Shown here piece after piece: positions 7,747 to 16,229 of a stretch of DNA of 36,289 bases. The stretch is from an uncultured Vampirovibrionales bacterium (GTDB lineage: Bacteria > Cyanobacteriota > Vampirovibrionia > Vampirovibrionales > Vampirovibrionaceae). Positions within the stretch are counted from its first letter, which is position 1. Each line of letters opens with the position of its first letter. The position numbers and the translations under genes were made by a program. Where the stretch lies: contig CAYGPY010000002.1 of assembly GCA_964351765.1 (NCBI GenBank), forward strand, positions 1 to 36,289. The letters run 5' to 3'. The notes beneath the pieces were generated by a model that was not told the origin of the DNA, made no database searches, and was given only the letters and a program-made list of their open reading frames with translations.

Positions 7747-10700
7747 TTAGTAAACCAAGGCACCGTTATCAAAGATATTACCTTGTATACCAACCGTAGC
7801 ACCGTTACCCGTTTGCCCAGCTCTAACATCAAAGTTGCGCCATGGCTGGCCTGCATTGTAGTTATCAATGGATAGGCTACCACTATGGTTCATATTCAGG
7901 ATACCGCCGTTACCACTTACATTACCAGCACCGCGACCGCGACCACCACGCATCATAAAGTATTTAGGATTGGTGTTTGCCGTTGAGTTATTAAAGGTGA
8001 GGTTACCGACTGAGTTTAATGTCACGCTACCGCCGTCGCCACCATTGTAGAGATTACCGCTGCCATAGTTAGCGCCACGGGTGTTAATAAGATTGGCCCC
8101 ACTAAAGTTAAAGACCATGTTACCACCACTCACAATAGAGACGTCGCCACCATAATTAGCACCACCCAAACCTTGGTTTGTGGATGTAGCAACGTTAGTA
8201 AATATTTGACCACCTTGAATATAGTCAGCAGCCGAATTAATGGTAACAGCACCACCATTACCCGGATTGGTAACGCTCGCAGCACGGCCTCGCGCATACA
8301 AGTCTGTTGCTGCGCTCAAGTTGATATCACCACCGGTTGAGGTTAAGTTAATTTGACCACCGGCACTACCGGCTGTACCCCAATTGTCGCCATCAGCGTA
8401 TAGGCGACTGTTTAACTCAATAGTATTGGCTGTAATGTTAATGATGTTATGAGAGCCATCAGCCTGACCTGTGGTACGTAGTGTGGCACCCGTACCACCC
8501 ATCATAGAAAACGTACCCGTTGTCGCTGTAATATCAATGGTGCCGCCATTGGCACCTTGAACACGGCCATCAGCAAAGATGTCGTTAGCACCCGTAATGG
8601 TCACGTTTCGATTGGCTGACACAACGACATCCTGACCCACACCAGAGGAATTACGTGAATCAAGACTAGCGTTTAATGTGATGTCACCACCTGCACCATC
8701 AGCACGGGTTGTAATACCACCTTCACCATAGACAGTCGCATTCACAACAATATCTCCAGAACCTGACGTAAGCGTTGTTGCACCCACAGAGCTTGTTGCG
8801 CCCGTGGTGGTTAAATTACCATTGGTCGCTGTTAAACTAACGCCACCGGTTGTGGCTGTTACAATACCTGAGGTCAAATCACCCGTATCCGCGGTTACAT
8901 TAATGTTGTCAGCCGATGCCGTTAATACGCCACCAATACTACCTGAGGCCATGGAAATATTATTATTGGTTGAAATATCCACATCACCTGTGACTGTGTT
9001 GCCAGCCAAATTGTAGTTACCAGCAGAACCAATATAAACACCTGAGGTACCACCCGGTAAGGATGTTCTACCCGTAATATCATTGGCAACTGTGTTACCG
9101 GTTAAGGCTACTGTTTGATTATTCACCGAAGTCGCACGCAATGTATCTGTGCCATCAATCGTGTTGTTGGTTAGCGTGATATTACGTGAAGCATTAATTG
9201 TTGTTGTGCCGTTGTTACTATCCAAGTTACTTAAGCGCACACCGGCATTACCCGTTGTGGCTGTTAAATTGGAATTGGTTGCGGTTAACTGCGTCACGTT
9301 TAAATCATTGGTGTTATCAATAGAGGTAATGTTTACACCGGCAACGTGGTCGGCAACACCCGTATTACCGTACGCTTGAATGGCGCCAGCAAATTGGTTG
9401 TTTGTTGTTGCCGTAATGGCAGTATCGGCTTGCATTGTGAGCGTGCCGCCACCAATAGTTGCATTAGACAGTGTAAGGGCACTACCCACATCACTAGCAA
9501 CAAGAGAGCTGCTGGTGTTGGTGTTTAACAAGCTTACGTTTAAGTTGCCTGTGGTTTCAGTAACCGCCACAGCACCCGCTGCAGAACCTGTTCCACCAGC
9601 ACCATAGATACGCAGTGAGCCAACGTTAAGTTGGTTATTACTGTTAACCGTAATAGCACCGTTAGCAGATAAATCAAGAACACCGCCCGAATTAAAGGTG
9701 GTGTTGTTACTTGATAAGCTACCCGTACCAGCACGAAGAATGGTGTTGCCTGAAGAATCAATTGTTTGACCGGCGAGAAGCGTTAAGCCACCTGCATTGG
9801 CGTTGATATTAACATTACCAGCCGTAGCGGTTAAGTTACCCAACTGCATTGAGCCTGCTGTGGAGGTCAAGCCGATGGTTCTACCTGTGGCCGTAATAGC
9901 GCCACCAGAGTAGCTCCCTTGCGTACCAGAGATGTTACCGTTATTCGCGGTTAAGTTAATTGATGTACCAGTTAAAGCCGAGTTGGTGGTTAAGTTACCC
10001 GTACCGGACTCCATAGAAAGGGCGCCCGTAGAGGAAACCGTTCCGCCATTAGCGGTAGTTAGATTACCGTTTGACGCTGTTAATGTTGTATTACCGGCTG
10101 TTGAAGTTACTGTATCCGTATTCAAGTTACCTGAGTTTGCTGTAATAACAATACTTTCAGCGTTACTACTAACCAAGCCATTAAAGGTACCACTGGCAAT
10201 CACATTACCGTTGGCTGCATTCAACTGAATATCATCCGAATTATACGTGGCGTTTGTTGTCACATCACCGGTTGTGGCACGTAAGGTAATATCACCATTG
10301 TTACTGGTTAACGTAGCGTTGTTATTTACGTCACTACCTTCAAATACCATTTGACCGCCGGCTGCCGTACCTGAACTATTATAGACTGAACTTGCATCAA
10401 CGGTCATAACACCGCCAGAAACCATCTGGATTAAACCACCCGAACCAGCAGTACCGCTTGCTAAGAATTGGCTACCGCCAAAGTTAATGGTGTTACCGGC
10501 ATCAATATCAATGTTACCGCCCACACTACCTGAGGCATCCAATATGTTACTGGCAAAGGTGACATCATTGGCCGCAGCCACATTCATAATGCCACCCATA
10601 TTACCCAACACACCTGCAGAGGATAACATGGCGCCATTAAGGATATTGATGTTACCCGTTAAACTTTGTAGGTAAATCGCACCACCAGCACCACCTAAGT

Positions 10701-12441
10701 CAAGATCGCCCCACGCCTCTAAGCTGGCGGTTGAACGTAAGGTCATTAAGTTGTTGGCTGTAAAACTAATTCGGCCGCCGTCTTGGGCATCGTTACGACC
10801 GTGTGCTAAGTAACGACCATCAATGTCCATGTTATTAGCTGTAATATCAATGACGTTTTGCGTAATGGTAGGCCCTGTATATACACGTGCACCACCCGCG
10901 TTTAAAATCACATTAGAACCGGCTGTGTAATCACCACTAGCGTTAATATCAATCACACCACCATTACCAATATCACCACCACCCATGTACTGAGTACCGT
11001 AAGCACGCATTTTAGCTGCACCGTTTAAAGTCACATCTGTGGCGTTCACTGTAATCGTACCGCCATTTGATCCGGTGTTTGTGGTGTCGTGCTCAGAAGC
11101 ACGTGTAGTGAGATAACCATTGTTATTAAGGGTGAAATCACCGGAAGCGTTAATGGTAAGGCTACCCGCATCATACGTATGAATACCTTCAGAACCAATG
11201 ATACCGTTTACCGTAACATTGGCACCTTGCACATCAAAGGTGTTGGTATTATCACCATACGTTACAATGTTACCGCCATTACCAATGTTCACATCACCGG
11301 TGTTACTACGCATGACGATCGAGCCACCTCGGCCATAGTTACGCATAATACTGTAGGTGGCATCTAAGTCGCCACTTGTGGCACGGATATCAATGGCACC
11401 ACCATTACCCGTTCCATTCGATAGTTTTGAACCTGAAGAATCAATTTTAATACCACCACTAACTTGGTTTAAGGTCACGGTACCGGTGTTAATGGTTATC
11501 GTTCCGCCATTGGAAGCCGCCGCACTACTTTGACCCAGCGCATAAATACGCCCGTTACCACTATTGGTAAACTGGCGGTTTGCCGCACCCGTAATCACAA
11601 CACTACCACCTGTTCGGTTACCCGAACCAGCCGAAGCGTTAATCACACCTTGGTTGGTGGCGTTACCCGTAATGGTAATAGAACCACCGTCGTTATTAAC
11701 GTAACCCGCTGCAATCAACTGACCGGTGGAACCAATATTAACTTGGTTACCCACATCGGTTGCGGTTAATATAATCGTACCGCCATCAGCCGTACCACGA
11801 CTTTGTGCGTTGAGCACACCACTAATATTGACGCCCGCACCTTGAATATCAATCAAGTTATTAGAAACACCCGAAGCACCTTTGGTACTAAGCTGAGCGC
11901 CACTACTAATAGTGACCAAACCAGAAGAGTTAATATCAATCACACCACCAAGAGCATTAACCTGACCTGATAGAGCACTAACGCTTGCTGTCGAAGCCAT
12001 ATTGAGCGCATCGGTATTGATTGTAATGGTACCACCGCCACCGCCGGCACCAAGGCCATTTGCCTGAATAATACCGTTAATAAAAATTGAACTCGCATCG
12101 AGTACTAAAATACCGCCATTACCACCAATAATAGTACCGTTGATGATAATACGGCCGGTTGAACCAAGGGTAATCGTACCTGCTGTCGAGGTCAGGTTAA
12201 TCGTTGCCCCATTACCGGTTAAAGCGCCACCAGGCATTGTTTTTTCAAATCCTTGGAGAGTACCATTAATAATAATGTTACCAGCCGTACTGTAGTTATA
12301 AGGGTTGCCAGCACTACTTTCAACAGTCATCGTGTCGCCAGCATTAATCGTAAACGCAAAAGAAGCCGGCACGCCAAAAACGGCGGTACAAGCCAATGCT
12401 AGAAGGGAAGCGATCCCTTTTTTAAATGCTGGATGTCTCAT
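7747..12441 (-). CDS. Giant secreted G/N/T/S-rich parallel beta-helix repeat protein (adhesin-like), Sec signal peptide
   Basis: Signal peptide MRHPAFKKGIASLLALACTAVFGVPASFA. GAGGAA SD lies 9 nt upstream. Dozens of rung motifs of the type GG(T/A/S)I(T/D/V)I(N/T) occur. The central part is rich in T and N with repeated GNLT motifs. There is almost no K/E/C and no TPS domain, and no obvious C-terminal barrel. Confidence 0.85.
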   Translation of the reverse strand: MRHPAFKKGIASLLALACTAVFGVPASFAFTINAGDTMTVESSAGNPYNYSTAGNIIINGTLQGFEKTMPGGALTGNGATINLTSTAGTITLGSTGRIIINGTIIGGNGGILVLDASSIFINGIIQANGLGAGGGGGTITINTDALNMASTASVSALSGQVNALGGVIDINSSGLVTISSGAQLSTKGASGVSNNLIDIQGAGVNISGVLNAQSRGTADGGTIILTATDVGNQVNIGSTGQLIAAGYVNNDGGSITITGNATNQGVINASAGSGNRTGGSVVITGAANRQFTNSGNGRIYALGQSSAAASNGGTITINTGTVTLNQVSGGIKIDSSGSKLSNGTGNGGAIDIRATSGDLDATYSIMRNYGRGGSIVMRSNTGDVNIGNGGNIVTYGDNTNTFDVQGANVTVNGIIGSEGIHTYDAGSLTINASGDFTLNNNGYLTTRASEHDTTNTGSNGGTITVNATDVTLNGAAKMRAYGTQYMGGGDIGNGGVIDINASGDYTAGSNVILNAGGARVYTGPTITQNVIDITANNMDIDGRYLAHGRNDAQDGGRISFTANNLMTLRSTASLEAWGDLDLGGAGGAIYLQSLTGNINILNGAMLSSAGVLGNMGGIMNVAAANDVTFASNILDASGSVGGNIDIDAGNTINFGGSQFLASGTAGSGGLIQMVSGGVMTVDASSVYNSSGTAAGGQMVFEGSDVNNNATLTSNNGDITLRATTGDVTTNATYNSDDIQLNAANGNVIASGTFNGLVSSNAESIVITANSGNLNTDTVTSTAGNTTLTASNGNLTTANGGTVSSTGALSMESGTGNLTTNSALTGTSINLTANNGNISGTQGSYSGGAITATGRTIGLTSTAGSMQLGNLTATAGNVNINANAGGLTLLAGQTIDSSGNTILRAGTGSLSSNNTTFNSGGVLDLSANGAITVNSNNQLNVGSLRIYGAGGTGSAAGAVAVTETTGNLNVSLLNTNTSSSLVASDVGSALTLSNATIGGGTLTMQADTAITATTNNQFAGAIQAYGNTGVADHVAGVNITSIDNTNDLNVTQLTATNSNLTATTGNAGVRLSNLDSNNGTTTINASRNITLTNNTIDGTDTLRATSVNNQTVALTGNTVANDITGRTSLPGGTSGVYIGSAGNYNLAGNTVTGDVDISTNNNISMASGSIGGVLTASADNINVTADTGDLTSGIVTATTGGVSLTATNGNLTTTGATSSVGATTLTSGSGDIVVNATVYGEGGITTRADGAGGDITLNASLDSRNSSGVGQDVVVSANRNVTITGANDIFADGRVQGANGGTIDITATTGTFSMMGGTGATLRTTGQADGSHNIINITANTIELNSRLYADGDNWGTAGSAGGQINLTSTGGDINLSAATDLYARGRAASVTNPGNGGAVTINSAADYIQGGQIFTNVATSTNQGLGGANYGGDVSIVSGGNMVFNFSGANLINTRGANYGSGNLYNGGDGGSVTLNSVGNLTFNNSTANTNPKYFMMRGGRGRGAGNVSGNGGILNMNHSGSLSIDNYNAGQPWRNFDVRAGQTGNGATVGIQGNIFDNGALVY

Positions 12442-12706
12442 TAAATGAGTTTCCTCGACAGGTGGTTAATTTAATTATGACGATTTGCTTTCTAGCCCAC
12501 ATGACTCATGTATATGATTCTTCTGGTTTAACAATATCGGCAAAAGAATGAAATACTTTAATCCGTCTAAAACCCCCGCACCTAAAGAACCTTCTACTCT
12601 GCTCTTTAACCAAGGGTTAATTCTCTCTCATTCATTGAAAGGATATAGAAACCATCCACTTCTTTTAGACTGAATTTATACAGATTGAACTAAGGAGATA
12701 TAACCT

Positions 12707-13042
12707 ATGCAGGCAAGCAACGCTGATATTGTCATTACCAATATCGAAACCATTCCAGGACGCCAGATGACGCAACATTTTGGCTTGGTATGTGGCAGCA
12801 CGGTTAAATCCAAGCACTTTGGCTCAGACATGATGGCGGGCCTTAAAAACATTGTGGGTGGTGAATTAGGTGGTTATACCGACTTACTTAACGATGCTAG
12901 AAACACAGCCATGGAACGCATGACTGAACAAGCTCGCTCATTAGGCGCCAACGCCATTGTATACGTCCGTTTTTCAACGTCTTCTGTTGGCTCCTTTGCT
13001 GCTGAGATTTATGTATATGTGACAGCCGTTTTAGTAAGTTAA
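12707..13042 (+). CDS. YbjQ/UPF0145-family protein
   Basis: Co-linear by eye with E. coli YbjQ (GLVCG...AGLKNIVGGELGGYTDLLNDARNTAMERMTEQARSLGANAIV...). AAGGAG lies 9 nt upstream of the ATG. Confidence 0.8.
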   Translation: MQASNADIVITNIETIPGRQMTQHFGLVCGSTVKSKHFGSDMMAGLKNIVGGELGGYTDLLNDARNTAMERMTEQARSLGANAIVYVRFSTSSVGSFAAEIYVYVTAVLVS

Positions 13043-13074
13043 ATCGATCTAAATTAAGGAACATACTTCATCTT

Positions 13075-13650
13075 ATGGAATTAATTTTTACATGTATACT
13101 TCTTATTGTTGCCTATGTATCAGGCACCGTAATCGAGAAGAATCACTATAAAAAAATCAAAGAACGAGAACATCATCTGATTGATATTCCCGCAATCCCG
13201 TCCAAGTTAGAAACAGCCCTTCCAGATCAGCGTGATCAACAGCGCATTGTTTCGTCAAAGTTGGTGATGGGGAGTTGTGTTATTTCTGACGATTATTTTA
13301 AGACCTTTATTGCAGGCTTAAAAACTTTATTTGGTGGTCATCTAACCACTTACGAAAGCTTGGTTGATCGTGCTCGTCGTGAAGCAAGCATTCGAATGAA
13401 AGACGAAGCCTCTCGAATGGGGGCCGATATGATCGTAAACGCAAGGATTGAAACATCGAGTATCGGCGGTGGTTCAGCAGGAAGTAAAAACGGTATTTGT
13501 ACCATTGAGGTACTAGCCTATGGAACAGCTCTTCACTTTGGCAATCAACCACCCGAATCACCTCAGCCTCAAGCCCAAGCTCAGACTCAGGCTCCACAAA
13601 CTCAAACCCAATCAGATCCTGATACTCAGCGACCATCTATGTTTTCATAG
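13075..13650 (+). CDS. Membrane-anchored YbjQ-domain protein with a P/Q/T-rich tail
   Basis: N-terminal TM helix ELIFTCILLIVAYVSGTVI. The YbjQ core reads FIAGLKTLFGGHLTTYESLVDRARREASIRMKDEASRMGADMIV...IEVLAYGTAL. The C-terminal low-complexity tail is QPPESPQPQAQAQTQAPQTQTQSDPDTQ. Confidence 0.75.
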   Translation: MELIFTCILLIVAYVSGTVIEKNHYKKIKEREHHLIDIPAIPSKLETALPDQRDQQRIVSSKLVMGSCVISDDYFKTFIAGLKTLFGGHLTTYESLVDRARREASIRMKDEASRMGADMIVNARIETSSIGGGSAGSKNGICTIEVLAYGTALHFGNQPPESPQPQAQAQTQAPQTQTQSDPDTQRPSMFS

Positions 13651-13665
13651 GTCTCATTTACAACC

Positions 13666-14481
13666 ATGAAATACACGCCACCCACACAGCCACCTGTCGA
13701 GAATAATATCACTGACGTGCACCCACTTTTTGATGCCTTTCGTTTGGTCGGTGGGTTATTGGCGGCATTTCTACTCGTCTATATTGTATTGGGAACTAGT
13801 ATGGATTGGGCCGTGATGAATATCACGGAAGAAACCGAGGACAAATATTTATCAAGCTTGGGTAAAGCATCCATTCCATTTAAAAAAGGGGAGTCCTCTC
13901 ATCCACGAGAGCAGGACTTACAAGTGATGATCACAAAACTAGCCGATGTAATCCCGATGAACAAAAAAGAGACTTCCAGCTATCATCGAACGTACCGTCT
14001 TAGTGTGTATAACAGTGATGAAGTGAATGCTTTTGCGTTACCCGGTGGTGAAGTCATTGTGCTGAGCGGCTTAATCGACAAGGCTCACTCTGATGACGAA
14101 ATCGCCTTTGTCCTGGCTCATGAACTCGGTCACTATAAAAGCAAAGATCATTTACGAGGCATGGGCAGAGGGATTGTATTACTGTCACTCAGTATTTTAG
14201 CTGGTGGCGAGAATAATCCTGCGGCGCCGTTTATTGTGAGTTCACTCAGTCTAAAAGACAAACAATTCAGTCGCCAACAAGAATCCGTTGCCGACAGCTT
14301 TGCACTTCGCTTAATGCAAGACGCGGGTTATGACCCCAATGGCGGTATCGAGTTTATGGAAACACTTCTTGAAGATTCAAGCAAAACATCCATCGAATCC
14401 GCACTAGAGATCCTCTCAACACACCCCGCTTCATCCAATCGCATTGAGGATTTACGCAACGAAATCAAACTTCTTGACTAG
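13666..14481 (+). CDS. M48-family zinc metallopeptidase, N-terminally membrane-anchored
   Basis: HExxH in the M48 context (NAFALPGGEVIVLSGLI...IAFVLAHELGHYKSKDH). TM helix LVGGLLAAFLLVYIVLG. It starts 15 nt after the preceding stop, which suggests an operon with the two YbjQ genes. Confidence 0.8.
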   Translation: MKYTPPTQPPVENNITDVHPLFDAFRLVGGLLAAFLLVYIVLGTSMDWAVMNITEETEDKYLSSLGKASIPFKKGESSHPREQDLQVMITKLADVIPMNKKETSSYHRTYRLSVYNSDEVNAFALPGGEVIVLSGLIDKAHSDDEIAFVLAHELGHYKSKDHLRGMGRGIVLLSLSILAGGENNPAAPFIVSSLSLKDKQFSRQQESVADSFALRLMQDAGYDPNGGIEFMETLLEDSSKTSIESALEILSTHPASSNRIEDLRNEIKLLD

Positions 14482-14745
14482 TTGAATACCTCTAATCACG
14501 GCAGTATTTCATCACTGTGTTGTATTCTGTTGTGTTGTTTAGCTGCTCTATTTCTGACCAGCTCACCCCCTATTAGCAACCCAGGGTGTCACATTGATCA
14601 TGTCGTGGCATCTATTTGGTTATGGCTTTGTATAGACACCTAGCTACCGTATTATCACTAGGTCACTGATGTAAGTCGCCCTGAAATTCTCTATAGTAAG
14701 AATATACACCTCACAACAGGTTTTAACTGAAAGGACTTACATCTT

Positions 14746-15201
14746 ATGAGTATGCTTTACACAGAAAACACGCACGAATGGCAACAGGATTGTAGCACCG
14801 TGGTGCTAAATGAAATTGATATGCCGTTGCCGGCTTTTAACAAGCGTAAAACCAATAGCAAGGTCTTTTTAGTTTCTCGTTATTTCAGACGTCTGTTCGA
14901 ACAATCTCAGCACACTAAAAAATGCACTTATCTCGTAATACCTCCAATGAGACGCTTAGCAAAATTCTTAGGCGTTAATATCTCTCAAATTCAACATGCC
15001 TTAGAGGACTTATCAACCAAAGGTTATGCATACCGTATTGATATGAATACCAGTTACGTTCGTATCTGGGATCCGTTAACTGAAGAGTTTGAAACCGATA
15101 CAACACCACAAATTTGGAACTATCTAACACATTACATTACCAAACCGGGCACACCTTACAGCCCTGCGACAAATCGAGTGAATGCTATTCCAAAACTATA
15201 A
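14746..15201 (+). CDS. Stand-alone GntR-like winged-HTH protein with no effector domain (paralogue 1)
   Basis: The segment LVIPPMRRLAKFLGVNISQIQHALEDLSTKGYAYRI fits the GntR HTH pattern (LPS.R.LA..lgVS..tv..Al..L...G). It is preceded by ~55 aa and followed by ~50 aa with no recognisable ligand-binding domain. Confidence 0.55.
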   Translation: MSMLYTENTHEWQQDCSTVVLNEIDMPLPAFNKRKTNSKVFLVSRYFRRLFEQSQHTKKCTYLVIPPMRRLAKFLGVNISQIQHALEDLSTKGYAYRIDMNTSYVRIWDPLTEEFETDTTPQIWNYLTHYITKPGTPYSPATNRVNAIPKL

Positions 15202-15273
15202 TTGCATCACTTTAACAAAAATTGGAATACTGTCCTTTAACGAATATACAGACAGTGCTCAGGAGTAACCACC

Positions 15274-15669
15274 ATGTCTATACAAGAAGAACCAAAAGAA
15301 AATTTAAACATCGATACCGGTAAGGTTAAGATACAGATGCCTTTACAAGAAATGCCTAACTTCCATGTCAGAAACTATGAGCAGCCACTTGCAGAGCAGA
15401 TTGCCTATTATATTGATAGAGCGCTGCAATGGAAGGCCACGCTTAAGTTTAGGAATCACTCGGTCATTAAAAAAGACAAGGTTGAGTTCATTCTGCCTTC
15501 AGTTAGAGTACTAGCAAACTTTTTCGTCTGCCCAATGTCTACAATAGTAAATGCCCTTGTTAACCTACGTGACAATGGCTACAGGTTTGAAGTAAAAGGG
15601 TTTGACCTCCCACTTCGTGTGGAGCCTGTACGTTCAATACAGACTATTCCCATCAAAAATAACATCTAA
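15274..15669 (+). CDS. Stand-alone GntR-like winged-HTH protein with no effector domain (paralogue 2)
   Basis: The segment FILPSVRVLANFFVCPMSTIVNALVNLRDNGYRFEV shows the same HTH pattern at the same relative position as in 14746-15201. AGGAG lies upstream of the ATG. Confidence 0.55.
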   Translation: MSIQEEPKENLNIDTGKVKIQMPLQEMPNFHVRNYEQPLAEQIAYYIDRALQWKATLKFRNHSVIKKDKVEFILPSVRVLANFFVCPMSTIVNALVNLRDNGYRFEVKGFDLPLRVEPVRSIQTIPIKNNI

Positions 15670-15720
15670 CATCTTATTATAATTCTAGCTTTATTCAAGA
15701 AACTCAAGGAGACATTATTT

Positions 15721-15867
15721 ATGTTTATGACAATTTTTATTATTCTTTTAGCACTTTGGTTCTTGGGCATCGTTTCTGGTGTAACCCTTGCTAACTATGT
15801 TCACTTACTGCTCATCATTGCATTAGTTATGCTTGCTGTCCGCGTTATTCGTGGTCAAGCAGTATAA
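15721..15867 (+). CDS. lmo0937-family small membrane protein (48 aa), absent from the ORF track
   Basis: My hand translation gives MFMTIFIILLALWFLGIVSGVTLANYVHLLLIIALVMLAVRVIRGQAV-stop. This matches the conserved lmo0937-type pattern (two TM helices ending in ...IRG...V). AAGGAG at 15706-15711 lies 9 nt upstream. Confidence 0.75.
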   Translation: MFMTIFIILLALWFLGIVSGVTLANYVHLLLIIALVMLAVRVIRGQAV

Positions 15868-15982
15868 TTAGAGAACACTAAAATTGATTATCTAAAAGTT
15901 GACTGAAGGAAGTTATAACCCCGTCTAAATGGTGTTAAAGCTTCCTTTTATTCTTCAAGTATTTAAACAAGGAGTTCAACCG

Positions 15983-16198
15983 TTGAAACTATTAGCCTTC
16001 GCCTTAATCGCCGTAAGCATCGTTTACTTTGCAGTAGCGCAAATTAAATTTGAGAAACAAGAAAAAGTGCTTGATATTGGTCCAATTACAGCAACAAAAA
16101 CAAGCCAAGAGAGTATTCCCTTCTCTCCATTATTCGCCGGGGCTTTACTCGTCAGTGGGACAGGCTTACTTATTGTCCACACAATGAAACAACGATAG
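15983..16198 (+). CDS. Small two-TM membrane protein (DUF3185-like by eye)
   Basis: AAGGAG (15969-15974) lies 8 nt upstream of the in-frame TTG at 15983. This gives LKLLAFALIAVSIVYFAV...EKVLDIGPI...PLFAGALLVSGTGLLIV. The ORF-track start at 15929 lacks an SD. Confidence 0.6.
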   Translation: MKLLAFALIAVSIVYFAVAQIKFEKQEKVLDIGPITATKTSQESIPFSPLFAGALLVSGTGLLIVHTMKQR

Positions 16199-16202
16199 TA
16201 GA

Positions 16203-16229
16203 CAAGTGGCTATTTTCTTTAGCCACTTG
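16203..16229 (+). terminator. Hairpin immediately downstream of the small membrane protein gene (weak terminator)
   Basis: CAAGTGGCT (16203-16211) pairs with AGCCACTTG (16221-16229) around a 9-nt T-rich loop. No T-run follows, so terminator activity is uncertain. Confidence 0.35.

Noticed and set aside
7868-11769. Numerous 60-98-aa ORFs on the + strand inside the 1564-aa minus-strand gene (7868-8050, 8804-9016, 9149-9379, 9346-9528, 9380-9607, 9932-10228, 10487-10675, 11089-11367, 11530-11769), plus a same-strand out-of-frame ORF at 9540-9761.
   Set aside because: They lie wholly within a much longer, motif-rich ORF. They arise because the GGT/ACC/AAT/ATT-biased repeat codons rarely generate stops in the other frames. 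They have no SDs, and their translations are L/P/V-rich nonsense.
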